Below are positions 1 through 12,929 of a stretch of 64,000 nucleotides of DNA, piece by piece. A model generated the notes under the pieces. It searched no databases and was not told where the DNA came from. It was given only the letters and a program-made list of their open reading frames with translations. How positions within the stretch are numbered: position 1 is the first letter of the stretch; each line of letters starts with the position of its first letter. The DNA comes from Octopus sinensis (lineage: Eukaryota), in assembly GCF_006345805.1 (NCBI RefSeq), contig NC_043001.1, positions 21,514,001-21,578,000 on the forward strand, read 5' to 3'. The position numbers were made by a program, and so were the translations under genes.

Positions 1-1482
1 TGCTCGGGGTCTGGTTCAGTCCGGACCTCCAAATGGATAAGAACTGGGACGAGATCACGAGTAGAGTGGTCGCTCTCAGCCAAAAATGGGCCGAGAGAAA
101 GCTGTCTCTAAAAGGCCGGGCGGAGGTGGCGAACGCGTACATCGCATCCGTCATCGATTACCGCCTGACCGTCGTACCTTGTCCCGACGCCACCATCACC
201 AAACTGGAACGCATACTCTTCCGCTTCCTGTGGAAGGGTGGCGTTCCGATGGTGAGGAAGTCCATTTGCTGTCAACATCCGTTGAATGGAGGACTGGGCA
301 TGCCGTGGTTGATGATGCGCAGGCATGCGCTGAGACTGCGACATCTCTGGAAATTCATCGACGACGGTGAACAGGTGTGGGCGCCGTTTGTGAGGCGCGA
401 CTTCCCGCAGCTCGTCTCACTGACCGAACTGAAAACGTGGATCAAAAAGAGACCGAAACTGGGCGATTGGCACCGAGAGTGTCGCCAACCTCTACAGCAG
501 CTCTGCCGACCGGGGTCAAACTTGTGCAACTTCCAAACGACTAAAGCGTTCTATAGAGGACTAGTGGAGGGGAGGTCCGACGACACACTCGGGGCAAACC
601 TGGGCGTCGACGAGGAATTCCTAACCCGCCTGTTCAGGACGACGTTCGGGCCGGGGCCTATGGATAACTTCCAGAAATCCCTGGCTTGGCAGTGCTATCG
701 AGACGCACTACCTTTTCGAGAGAAGAGCTACAGACACGGTTCGAAAACCATCACCGGACCGACCTGCCCGAGATGCGGTCAGAGCGACGAAACCGTTCTG
801 CACGCACTCGTGCAGTGTCCAGATATTTCAGAGCTGTGGTCCTTCGTCGAACAGCTGTTGTCACGTGTAGGTCAGGCTCGCCTATCGGCCGAGTCTATCG
901 TGAATATTGTTCCACCACCTTCCTTTAAACGGGAAGGAAAACGGTTTTCGTTACGCTGATGGCTATGGCGAAAGAATGTGTGTGGTGGACGCGTTTGAAA
1001 GGACTGCAAACAAACATCTTCCTCTCTGGTCAGTCTCTCGTCAACTTTTTCAAGTACCACTTGAAAAGGAGGATGAGAATAGAGAGGAAGGCTTTGTCGA
1101 ACGAATGTTTTAATAAAAAGTGGGTAAAAGTGGCAAAAATGGTCAGTATGAAAGACGACACTATTTTAAGCATAAATCTGTAACCAAAAGAGACAACGAG
1201 AAGTAAGGCGACTTACTCATGTGTTCTTTTTCGAACTGTCTGAGGTGACCTTGGTCTTTTTTGTAGGTTTTTCTTTCCAAGGCTACACCTAAACTGTGAA
1301 CCTTATATATATATATATAGTGCTTTTTTATACACCACACAACCCACAGATCTCTATTGATCAAACGTTTTTTTTTTTTTTTTTTTGCCCCACCCATCCC
1401 ACCTCGAAAAGAAAAAATTCTACATTGTATTTCGTCCATTTTTATTCTGTGTTTAGCCCTGTGTGGCTACAATAAAAAGTTA
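1..1482 (+). mobile_element. Tx1/L1-clade non-LTR retrotransposon, 3' part (ORF2 C-terminus plus 3' UTR), cut by the window start
   Basis: ORF 33-959 has L1/Tx1 post-RT motifs (LSLKGRAEVANAYIASVI; GGLGMP) and a CCHC knuckle (CPRCGQSDETVLHALVQC). A 1-nt frameshift near 941 joins it to ORF 959-1183 (MAKECVWWTR...KKWVKVA). The 3' UTR ends with AATAAA at 1471-1476, then (TCTG)n. Confidence 0.9.
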
Positions 1483-1486
1483 TCTA

Positions 1487-1521
<35 letters not shown>

Positions 1522-1528
1522 TTCTGTA

Positions 1529-1567
<39 letters not shown>

Positions 1568-1806
1568 TTCTCTATTTAACTATCTCTCTCTGTATATATA
1601 TATATATATTTACCAAATATATATAAATTTATATAAATATATAAACTTATTTATATATATATATAAATTTATTATTATTTGTATATAAATTTATTTGTAT
1701 ATATAAACAATTATGCATGTGTATGTATATATATATACATGCTAAATGCATCTATCTATATATGTATGTATGTATGTAGGTATGTATGTATGTATACATA
1801 TATATA

Positions 1807-1842
<36 letters not shown>

Positions 1843-1866
1843 TGTATGTATGTATGTATGTATGTA
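1483..1866. repeat. (TCTG)n, AT-rich and (TATG)n microsatellites
   Basis: Direct sequence. Confidence 0.9.
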
Positions 1867-1869
1867 TAT

Positions 1870-2181
1870 GCACCGCTTACGCTATATTTCTGGTAAGGCA
1901 ACTACAGGAGAAATATCTAACCAAATATAAACCTCTGTACTTGGCTTTTGTTGCCTTAGAGAAAACCTTTGATTGGGTCTCCTGATCCCATATCTAAAAC
2001 TAGGGATAGACGAGTGGTTGGCGGGAGCTGTACAAGCCATATACAGTAATGCTGTCAGTAAGCTGAGGGTTGGCAACGAGTACAGCGAAGAATTCGGGGT
2101 ACAAGTAGGGGTTCGCCAAGGATCAGTACTCAGCTTCCTCTTATTCCTCATAGTCCTCCAGGAATTTAAGACAGACTGCCC
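1870..2181 (+). mobile_element. RTE-clade LINE reverse transcriptase fragment (frameshifted)
   Basis: AIFLVRQLQEKYLTKYKPLYLAFVALEKTFD and VGVRQGSVLSFLLFLIVL, typical RTE RT motifs in two frames. Confidence 0.85.
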
Positions 2182-2332
2182 TGTTTTAGTTGAGATAATA
2201 ATCGATTAAGGATACAGAAGATGGATTTGGTATTAGTCTTTATTCCGTCCTACAATCGTTTCGACCCACCCTGCGACTGTCCTTTGTGGGTGGGATGTTC
2301 TGTATTCTGTTGTATAGCATGGTATAGTGTAG

Positions 2333-2710
2333 GCGAACTGGCAGAAACGTTAGCATGCCGGGTGAAATGCTTTGCGGTATTTCGTCCGCCGCTGCGTTCT
2401 GAGTTCAAATTCCGCCGATGTCGACATTGCCTGTCTCCCTCTCGAGGTCGATAAATTAAGTACCAGTAGCGTACTGGAGTGGATCTAATCGACTGGCACT
2501 CTATATCTATTATTTGCTTGCTTAGCGGTATTTCGTCTGTCTTTACGTTCCGAGTTTAAATTCCGCCGAGGTCGACTTTGCCTTTCATCCTTTCGGGATC
2601 GATTAAATAAGTACCAGTTACGCACTGAGGTCGATGTAATCGACTTGATCCGTTTGTCTGTCCTTGTTTGTCCCCTCTGTGTGTAGCCCCTTGTGGGTAG
2701 TAAAGAAATA
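2333..2710 (+). mobile_element. tRNA-derived SINE family A, two-unit copy with Tx1-like tail
   Basis: Head GCGAACTGGCAGAAACGTTAGC, B-box-like GAGTTCAAATTCC, tail ...TAGCCCCTTGTGGGTAGTAAAGAAATA; 12-bp TSD GGTATAGTGTAG at 2321-2332 and 2711-2722. Confidence 0.85.
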
Positions 2711-4174
2711 GGTATAGTGTAGCATATTATTCACTAGCAAAGCGGGCAAATACCAACATGACTGCCTGAACTCAATATTTTTAGCGGGACACCACATTAT
2801 TTATGCATGTACCTGGTGTGATCCAGACTGCAAAAATTGGTGCAACAATCGCAGTATATATACGTATGTACTATACTATATTATATTATGTTATATAAAT
2901 AAATACTGAGTTGTACAGTAGCAACTGGCTGGCAATTACTCACATGAAAGACTAATACTTAAGCAGGTGTAAATAGGTCCTTATAGAATATTTAATGAAT
3001 ATAAATATATAGAAAAAAGAAAGAAGTAATTTAAATCCCGCTAACTTCGAAGACGTTATGTTAAATCTAAATGCCGAAAGTCAAACGAAGATATACTACA
3101 TATATTAACACCATTCACTGAAAAATTATAAAAAATATCTTGTCAGTAATATTAGAACGAGAATATCAAATGTAATCTCCTACAAACATACTTATACGTG
3201 CTGCACACTATAGCAAGAATACTTTTAGGGAAAATGAAATTAAAAAGAAGCCTCAATACAAAAGAGAAATTCACAGAATAGCAACCCCGAAGAAAGAAAC
3301 ATTATCTAGTTTGAAGTATGGATATAATGCCCAGACATTTCAAAAACGCATTTGCTATCAACGGGAAATGCCTCGGGTTGTTCGATAAAAGTAGCGTAAA
3401 AGTCGGTTGGAAAACATGGCTACTATGATAGCTCAAAGCAATTGTACTATTAAGTACACATCTAACAATGAGTGAAAAAGCAACCATAATAACACCTACA
3501 GCAAAACACTCGTCATTTTATTCTGTGGAAAGAGCGACTCAAAGGTATTAGTATAGCAATTCAATGTTCGGTGGATTGTAACAGAATACATTATATCGGA
3601 ATTGAGATGATTTCGCCACACGAGCGAGAAATACAACACGCTTATTTACACTTTTCATTTGTTCAGTAAAAAGCAAGAGGTGGTGTGAAGATGCAGACAC
3701 GATAACAAATATCTCTTAAAGTACCCTTCAAAATTGCAAACTAATTTTTGGTAAGAAATATCTTCTATATAAATACTCTTCACAATATTACGCAACCGAA
3801 ATAAATGTTCACCAAGTCACAAGGCACCAGCAATAACTGGCCATTAATATTAAAGCGAAAAAGAAAACTACTTGTGGGTTGTTTAAGAAACTAAATTTCT
3901 TATGAATAGACTTGAAGGACCTGAAATAAACTGGAAACTCGAATGAAGTGAAGTTTAGCTTCAAATGTATGAAATAAACCCAAGTGTATGCATTTTCATA
4001 CGTGTTCTCTTGTTGATGCATTCACAAATATGCAAACATACACAGGTGTGTGTGTGTGTCTAAATACATTCATTATATACATCTATGTATCTGAGGATGT
4101 GGTGAGCACGTTCTTTGCTTACGCAACTTTAAGCAATGCGGAGCTGAGTACTTTGTTTTGTTTTTTATCTACTC

Positions 4175-4220
<46 letters not shown>

Positions 4221-4221
<1 letters not shown>

Positions 4222-4442
4222 TATATAAATTAGAGAAAAACCACTATTATGTAATTCAAACAATGATAGACATAAACTAAATCATATAGAAAAAATAAAA
4301 CATATTATAAAACATATAACTAGATCACAAAAAGTACATAATAATGAATAAACATTATATAATAAGTAAAAATACTACGTATATGGTTTATGTCTATCAT
4401 TGTTTGAATTACATAATAGTGGTTTTTCTCTAATTTATATAT
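4221..4442. repeat. 57-bp perfect inverted repeat with 108-nt spacer between TA-rich tracts
   Basis: 4221-4277 is the reverse complement of 4386-4442. Confidence 0.9.
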
Positions 4443-4550
4443 ATTATATATTTATATTGTGAAATTTGATTTAATACTAAATTGAATTTTTCCTTGTAAG
4501 TTTGGAGTTATACTCCTTAATATTATTGTTATTATTATTATTATTGTTAT

Positions 4551-4612
<62 letters not shown>

Positions 4613-5171
4613 TATTATTATCTTATATACACACATGCACACACACATACATATATATAAATATATACGTGATGATTGCTCCATATTCATAGATGGTTGC
4701 CATCTCCTTGTGCTTTTTCGTTGTCAACGGCATTTCTGATTTTGCGTTCATGAATTTCAGAAGACTACTCAATCCCGCTACAGATTCGTATGATTTGAAG
4801 CATAGGTAACAAACGAAAGTTGTGCTTCCTATTGGTTAGACCTGCACACGTCGTCGTCACCCCTTCATCGTCTTAGGACTTTTAGTAGATGCAATAACAC
4901 ACAACGTCACCTTACAAAGACACTTGTACGTCATTGGATTATTAGGATAGACCCTTGTGCAACACGGGTGCCACTTATTGAATCTCTGCGATTCGTACCT
5001 AGTGTTAAATCTAAGCAAAATAGCCAATGGTCACATGGAACCGCAGGTTTTACATTAGCCTGTCCTTTACTGATATATACATACATACATATTTGCATAA
5101 TTGTGTGTGAGTGTGTGTGTGTGTGTGTAGATATGTCCATATTCTCTTAAAATCAAAATCGTATACTCTTT

Positions 5172-5401
5172 ACTCTTTACCCTCTTTTACTTGCTTCAGT
5201 CATTTGACAGTGGCCATCCTGGAGCACCGCCTTTTGTCGAGCAAATCGACCCCAGGACTTATTCTTTGGAAGCCTAGTACTTATTCTATCGGTCTCTTTT
5301 GCCGAACCGCTAAGTTACGTGGACGTAAGCACATCAGCATCGGTTGTCAAGCGATGTTGGTGGGGCGGACAAACACAGACACACAAACATATACACACAC
5401 A

Positions 5402-5461
<60 letters not shown>

Positions 5462-5502
5462 AGAGAGATAGATAGATAGATAGATAGATAGATATACACA
5501 CG

Positions 5503-5534
<32 letters not shown>

Positions 5535-5650
5535 CACATATATATATATATATATTCACATATATACGACGGGCTTCTTTCAGTTTCCGTCTACCAAATC
5601 CACTCACAGGCTTTGGTCGGCCCGAAGCTATAGTAGAAGACATTTGCCCA
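5172..5650 (-). mobile_element. tRNA-derived SINE family B (internal microsatellite), 5' truncated
   Basis: Matches other copies in the window (GACGGGCTTCTTTCAGTTTCCGTCTACCAAATCCACTCAC; GCCGAACCGCTAAGTTAC). Confidence 0.85.
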
Positions 5651-6137
5651 CTTGTTATTCAATATTTAATATTCAATATTCTAGTAGAATATTTTTTTAA
5701 AAAGACTACAGTAAATTATACAAAATCCTAACTAGATCGAAGGAGACGCACATTAACTGGTGCTATGGAAAAGCAGCTTATTTAGGCTTAATTATTGAAA
5801 AGACTCGCCAGATACAATAATCAGTCTAACAATAATTTTGAAGTTACGTTCAATGCGAAAATTTCGTATAATGGTACTTATTATTAGTTGCAAGGAAATT
5901 CCTTATTTCGACATTATTGAAATAAAAATCGATAGTTGCCACGAACCTGAATTCGAATCTGTTTGATCTTGAAGATGTATGGACCAAAGTTCAAACAGAG
6001 AAATTGTGGGTGGAGTACAGCGATTTTCAAGAAGCTGCTCCAGTCTGCGTCCTTATGTTGTTCCTCGAATCAAACTTTCAAACTTACTTGACATTTATAT
6101 AGACTCAAAAGCTTATCTGGCCTGGCAATCAATATTT

Positions 6138-6480
6138 AGATAGCGGCTACACACACACACACACACATACATACATACGTACGTACGTACATACATACAT
6201 ACATACATACATACATACATACATACATACATACATACATGCATACACACGTACGTACGTACATACATACATACATACATACATGCATACACACATGCAT
6301 ACATACATACACACATACATACATACATGCATACATGCATACATACATACATGCATACATACATAAATACATATATGCATGCATACATACATACATGCAT
6401 ACATACACACACACATACGTACATACATACATACATACATACATACATACATACATACATACATACATACATGCATATAA
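6138..6480. repeat. Compound (CA)n/(TACA)n microsatellite
   Basis: Direct sequence. Confidence 0.9.
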
Positions 6481-6504
6481 GTATACTTAACAATAAGTAT
6501 CCTG

Positions 6505-6715
6505 AACGAAACTCTCAGACCTTGACTGCGGCCATGCTGAAGCACCGCCTTTAGTCGAGCAAATCGACCCCAGGACTTATTCTTTGGAAGCCTAGTACTT
6601 ATTCTATCGGTCTCCTTTTCCGAACCGGGGATGTAAACACACCAGCATCTTTTGTCAAACGATGTTGGGGGGGACAAACACAGACACACAAACATATACA
6701 CACAGATACATACAT

Positions 6716-6748
<33 letters not shown>

Positions 6749-6930
6749 CATACATATATAAATATATACGACGGGCTTCTTTCAGTTTCCGTCTACCAAA
6801 TCCACTCACAAGGCTTTGGTCGGCCCAAGGCTATAGTAGAAGACACTTGCCCAAGGTGCCATGCAGTGGGACTGAACCCAGAACCACGCGGTTGGTAAGC
6901 AAGCTACTTGCCACACACCTACTCCTGCGC
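6505..6930 (-). mobile_element. SINE family B
   Basis: tRNA-like head on the minus strand at about 6870-6930, internal (CA)n/(TA)n, conserved tail. Confidence 0.85.
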
Positions 6931-7400
6931 CAATTGTTAATAACTTATTGAGCACTTTGTGGTATTATACCTGAAATTAGGATCAGTCGGAATGTATTGC
7001 GTTCAACACATAATAGACTTATGTTGTCATAGACACCGCATTCATATTTTCTTTCTTTCTGTATCATTGTACACATTTTGTTATATTTGATTGGACACCT
7101 TTCTTTGCTGAACCTTTTTATCCTCGTACATACTTGCCTTGTTTTTTTTCAATTGTCCTGACATAGTTCGGATTCTGTGTATCACACAGATTGTTCCCTA
7201 CAAGAACAGACATTTTTCTGCATGTTTCTTCTAAATTTGTACTCTTACATTATTCACACAACGGTTTTGCCATGTTTCATTCTTCTGTGCCTCCCTATCG
7301 CACACGTACTTAATCTACCTAACACTTATTCGACCGCTTCCTGTTTGAAGGGTTCTGTAGGCGCAGTTACCTCCCTTGACAGCGGCTGTTTAAATAAGCT

Positions 7401-7419
7401 TGCAACTAGATGGCACTAG
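7401..7419 (+). promoter_or_regulatory. Candidate CTCF-binding site
   Basis: TGCAACTAGATGGCACTAG closely matches the CTCF core CCAC(T/C)AG(A/G)(T/G)GGC(A/G)CTA, in non-repetitive sequence; motif match only. Confidence 0.4.
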
Positions 7420-8549
7420 AGTGGTTAGATTCTGACACGAAGCATTGAGACTCTCTTTTTTCTCGTCAAGACGCAAGACTGTGAGGACATAACCTAGTTG
7501 GCCCTCGTATAAACGCAGACAGCTAGCAGACATGAGGTAGTACACAGCAGATTAACATGGCCTCCATTCATCAAACTCTTTACATTATCATTCAACTTGT
7601 ATATATTTGAGACCGAGAGTAAAGGTATTTAAAGTTACAGCCTCGTTCTATGAATTCATTATACCGTGTTCCTTTATCAAATAATATTACAGCCTTCTGA
7701 ACAGAGCCATCATTAGATGGCTCTACAACCCGTGAACACCACCATCTATAATATCAACTTAAATACACAACTGAAAGCGTTACAAATAAACGCATTGTTT
7801 GGAGGTATAGTTTAAAGATCCAGTAGAAGGAGAAATAAAGCATTTATGTACGTACCCATGTGCGTGTGTGTGTATGTATGTGTGTGAGTGTGTATGTATT
7901 TACGGAACGCTTTTCGTTAATCAATTTATTGAAGATTCTTCATTCCACCTTATTATTTCTTTATGTGTAGCTTTCAACAACTACGTTCCAATATCCATTT
8001 CAACAATAAAGTTTCCAGACTGTCTCGGCTCATGACTGGAAACATAATAGTAGCATGTTGTTGCCGCGATTTGTGTTAGACAGTAATGATCATGGGAATA
8101 CTGTTGTAAATGATAAAATTATCAACGCCAAATTTCATATAGTTTAACAATTAACTCCTGATTACATTCAAAGTTTATATATATGTGTTATACCTGTGTA
8201 TTGATATTAGGTATGTATCTTGCTATTAATAAATCTTCGATATTTAACCACTTCATAAATGTAACATCTATAAAAGCTTAAACTTCATTTCCAGAAAGTT
8301 TTTGGGTTTCATATTTGTATCTTTATCTTTTATATTTTGATATCTTTTACTTGTTTTTTCCCTTTTTTCAGTCATTGGACTGCGGCCATACTGGGGTATC
8401 GCTTTGAAGGGTTTAATCTGCGGTCCTCTCAACTTGGGGTCCATATAAGATTTTGTTGTTAAGCGTTATGTACAATAAAATGGTTATACTTTTATAATAC
8501 ACCAAATGTTTTAGCAATGCCTAATATTTGATAAAAAAAATTACATTCT

Positions 8550-8929
8550 TTTTCTACTCTAGGCACAAGGCCTAAATTTTGGGGGAGGGGGCAAGTCGAT
8601 TAGATCGACCCCAGTACGTAACTGGTACTTAATTTATCGACCCTGAAAGGATCAAAGGCAAAGTCGACCACGGCGGAATTTGAACTCAGAACCTAACGGC
8701 AGACGAAATACGTATTTCTTTATTACCCACAAGGGGCTAAACACAGAGAGGACAAACGGATTAAGTCGATTATATCGACCCCAGTGCGTAACTGCTACTT
8801 ATTTAATCGACCTCGATAGGATGAAAGGCAAAGTCGACCTCGGCGGAATTTGAACTCAGAACGTAACGGCAGACGAAATACCGCTAAGCATTTTGCTCGC
8901 TGTGCTAACGTTTCTGCCAGCTCGTCGCC
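8550..8929 (-). mobile_element. SINE family A, dimeric (head-body-tail-body-parental end)
   Basis: Two body units joined by the Tx1-like tail. Confidence 0.85.
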
Positions 8930-9284
8930 TTTAGATTTTTTAAAATATGGAATGGTTATGAGGATCGACTCGAGTAAAAGAAGAATCAAAAGAGTCCATT
9001 GGTAAAAAAACAATAAAAACGATTGAGAACCACCGGGTAGTCGAACGAATCGACCCCAAGTTACAAACTGGTCGACCTAGGGCTATAGTCGAAGATATTT
9101 GTTCAAGATGCCATGAAGTAGGATGCCCAAACCACGTGATTGTAAAGCCAGTTTCTTAACCACTCAGTTATGCCTGTATCGGCTTGAGTAATTAAAATAA
9201 TTTCAAATGTGATAACAGCTTCTTTTATACCAAATAGTGCGGAACACCCTTTTTCTGCATCGAATTTGAAATCAGCTACTGACG

Positions 9285-9339
<55 letters not shown>

Positions 9340-9394
9340 TCTATCTATCTATCTATCTATGTGTGTATGAGTGTGCGTGTGTGTGTGTGTGTGT

Positions 9395-9612
9395 GACTTG
9401 ATCACGTGACCGTCCAGGCTATTAGATGTTGTTATACATCTCGGGTTAGAATGCACATTTGCAGGCCAACATTTCCCCATAAAAGCGGGGTACTGGAGCA
9501 ACGTAAAATGAATTGTTTTGCTCAAGAACACAATGCGCCATCCACTCAGGGAATCGAACAGACGATCTAACGATCGTTAGTGCAACAGCCTAGCCACTAG
9601 GCCACATGCCTT
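9395..9612 (-). mobile_element. tRNA-derived SINE family C
   Basis: Minus-strand head GGCATGTGGCCTAGTGGCTAGG...GTTCGATTCCC followed by TGTGTTCTTGAGCAAAAC, shared with the 49810-49995 copy. Confidence 0.7.
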
Positions 9613-9924
9613 CACATGTATATATTGGATTATTTACTCTTTGTCAAACCCATTTTACAATATAATCGTCGTAAAACTTGGATTTTCTCCATCTGAAGAA
9701 TTCCGGTTTAGGCCGGGAACGCAAAAGTGTTGATAGCCTGGTATTCGGGTCGAGTGTTTCCCTGGAAATACACTCCATCTGGTTATATATATATATGTGG
9801 AAACCCTTATGCTAGAAGAAGATCCGCTATGGTCTTAACCACTAAGAATTGTTCGCCAGAAAAATTCAGCACACCAGAAACGTAAGTGAGCAAGACAAAT
9901 GAAAAGTAACAAAAATATAGATTA

Positions 9925-10001
9925 ATCATAAACAATTGTTTCACTATCAACAAGTTACGTAATTTTACTTACACAATTTATCTGTAGATCGTCAGTATGA
10001 T
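9925..10001 (-). ncRNA. Type-I hammerhead ribozyme motif in a PLE-like terminus
   Basis: Minus strand: stem I AUCAUA/UAUGAU, core CUGACGA, stem II (U)CUA..UAG(U), GAA, palindromic stem III ACAAUUGU, GUU cleavage triplet. Confidence 0.75.
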
Positions 10002-10235
10002 CGTCTATGCAGAATATAATTTGAAGATATCAACACGAGGCCGAAAATGCATGTAGTTCTGCCTATTACATTTGCAGTTATTTTCAAAAGTCTTCGTTTA
10101 GGCGCGCTAAATAACCGGAAATAAATACTGCATAAATAATTCACTGCAGTAGTTGTCGCCGGTTGATGTTTTCACATTAATATCCAATTTTTTCACCCTC
10201 ATTTTGATTTTAATTAGAGAGAGAGAGACTTCGTT

Positions 10236-10303
<68 letters not shown>

Positions 10304-10319
10304 ATATATAAATATAAAT

Positions 10320-10351
<32 letters not shown>

Positions 10352-10479
10352 GTATGTATGTATGTATGTATCTATCTATCTATCTATCTATCTATCTCTC
10401 TTTATATATAAATATAAATATACATACACACACACATATATATATATATATATTTGTTCGTCTCCCCGTGGCCATTAGG

Positions 10480-10893
10480 CACAACTTCACAAGCCAGCCC
10501 CATACTCAACTCGTCCTGTCGAAAGACCCTTGTCCTACGTCCTGGTTTTGTTTTGTTGTTTATTTTTTATTTTTACCGTTATTGTTTTTACGTTTTTGTA
10601 TTCTTATTGGTGTCACGTATGCTGTATTTTTGTTTGTGTACTTCGTTCGTTTTCCGTCCTTTCGTTGTATACATTCGAAGCTTTCTTCCAGGGGATCTAA
10701 TGCGCTTGGCTTAGATTTCCCTTGGCGGGCTGGCCATATCGGAGCAATTTCAAGATTAATCAGCCGAAATTGCTAAGATGATCTGGTTCTTGACTGATGA
10801 CTGAGGGCTTCGAATGTCCCGTCCTGTGGTTCTTGTGTCGTCTCTGTGGTGTTTCATGTTCTTGTCCATGTCTGTAATTATTTTTACTGTTTA

Positions 10894-10897
<4 letters not shown>
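10480..10897 (+). mobile_element. Penelope-like terminal segment ending in (TA)n
   Basis: Homologous in reverse orientation to 27130-27330 (GATTAATCAGCCGAAAT..GGTTCTTGACTGA); ends in (TA)n at 10897. Confidence 0.55.
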
Positions 10898-10932
<35 letters not shown>

Positions 10933-11388
10933 CAATTTACGCATCAAGACCAAATTAGCAATTTTTATAAGTGATACATCAAAGAATTGTTAAAATTAAT
11001 CCTTTAACTGCGAAATTAAATTTCAATGTTATTCAGCAATGATGTTAATTATCTACCCCACGAAAAAAATAGAATTGGTATTTTCTGCAAGTCATGTTGA
11101 CGCAATAAACTTGACATATCTCAAAATAAAATAGCTTCAAAAATGACATTCCTCGACAAAATATTATTTGGTATATAAAATTGTTTTCCACAGTTAAGGG
11201 TAGTGAAAATTTGAGTCGATGTATGTGATTTCCGCAACAAAAGGGTTATAGTTTAATTACTTTTTCTTAACTCATGCGCTATGTTAGCTTCTTAAGTATT
11301 TGCAATTCGTCCCTGATTTTAAGTTTTTCCCGCCACAGCCATCGTGATTGATAAGCGGGATCTAACAGGAATGAAGATAAAAGTGAGT

Positions 11389-11715
11389 GGACCTTTTCGA
11401 GTTGAACGGCAGTTTTTAACATAATTTCTAGGTAACTTTAAAATTTTAAACTTCGTATACTGGTAGAATGTGTTTATAAAACATCTTTTTCTCTTGGCTT
11501 TATTGAGAAAATTCTATAGTTTGTAAGATATGTATAGTTTCTGTGCCGTATGAATATGTCCCTCGTTTAAGAAACAGATTGGGTTTATTTCTGAAGAAAA
11601 AAAAAACCTAACCCTAACCCTAAAACAGATTGAAATCGATACTAGGGTCATAATTATGGGTGACAATTTCATATGACACCGCTAGAAGAAACTGCCGTTC
11701 AAACCGAAAAGGTCC
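11389..11715. mobile_element. MITE with about 27-bp TIRs and internal CCCTAA repeats
   Basis: GGACCTTTTCGAGTTGAACGGCAGTTT / AAACTGCCGTTCAAACCGAAAAGGTCC; homologous to 23367-24037. Confidence 0.85.
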
Positions 11716-12777
11716 AAATTACGAAAGAATTATAAAATTATTAGCGAAATTAAAAATCTATACACTTTTAACAAATACTAAACATGATAAACAAATAAAA
11801 GTGAGTTTTTAAAAAAATTCTTCGATTTCACTGAAATAGCTAATTCTGGGACATCCTGTATTATACAATGAAGAAAAGAAGTCAAGCTCCTAGTGAGTAG
11901 TTTTCGAATCCCAGTTGACACCAATTAACACCAATTAAGCTATACCATTCAGAAAAATAGAAAAGCTCCCACGAACGTGACACACTCTTTGCCATACGAT
12001 TTAAATGTGTGTACATCTGCCTAGGTAAGCGTTCTAAAAATATGTATTTGTTACACAAACTTCAATTTTCCTACCGCCCACTCATTGGTGACATGCAGTT
12101 TTGTTTCATTGTAAGATTATTCAATGTCTCATCTCTATAAAATATAAGTTGCTTCATTTATTTTATATATTTACGAGAGGTTGTTTTGGTTTTTTGCATT
12201 CTTGTCTTTTAATAATCTTCCGTAATTTTAATTCTATTAATTAATACTTCAGTAGTGGAAATGGTAGGTCTTAGAGTTTATCGATTTCCTAAATATTCTC
12301 TTTCAGGATTTTTGAACAACATACCTGCTAAATAATCGACAGCCTTAAGCCTGAACTGCGATTTAATTTACTGCAGAAATGTATAAAAGATAAAAAAAAT
12401 TTACTGCTGACTCGAACTCAGCAGAAGTTGTCAATTAACGCACAGCATGCAATGCTATACAGTAAGAATATTCTCAGGAGCAGTTGCAAATTTTATTTTT
12501 TATTAAATATCGGGAGACTATATTCTTGTGTGGGTGGATTCCTATTCTTTGTTTTGGTCAGGAGAGGTTGTTGGACTTTGGAAAGGTAGCTTGTAAACTA
12601 TGATGGCACCGTAAAGTAGTACAGGCACGAAGTATGACTTCCACGTTTTTCTCTCCATTTCTTGCTTTCAACTTTACATTGCACACGCTCCACAAAACTC
12701 ATCCTGAACGTTTGTGTCTGTTCCACCAGATTCAAAACCACGCACGGCTGCATAAACACCTGCACGTACATTTATAT

Positions 12778-12822
<45 letters not shown>

Positions 12823-12929
12823 TACCCTACAAGTTAAGTGCGATATATCCCTTAAAAAAATGGAGGAATTATCCATTTGTAAAAATCTGGAAACAAAGAT
12901 TACCATAATATGGGTTTTAAATTAGAAAC

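Noticed and set aside
3302-3487. Short ORFs in unique sequence as an upstream homeobox exon
   Set aside because: No recognisable motif or convincing splice signals; cannot be supported without transcripts.
9685-9740. CTGAAGA..CCGG/CCGG..GAACGC hammerhead candidate
   Set aside because: GAAA incomplete and stem I does not pair; at most a decayed remnant.
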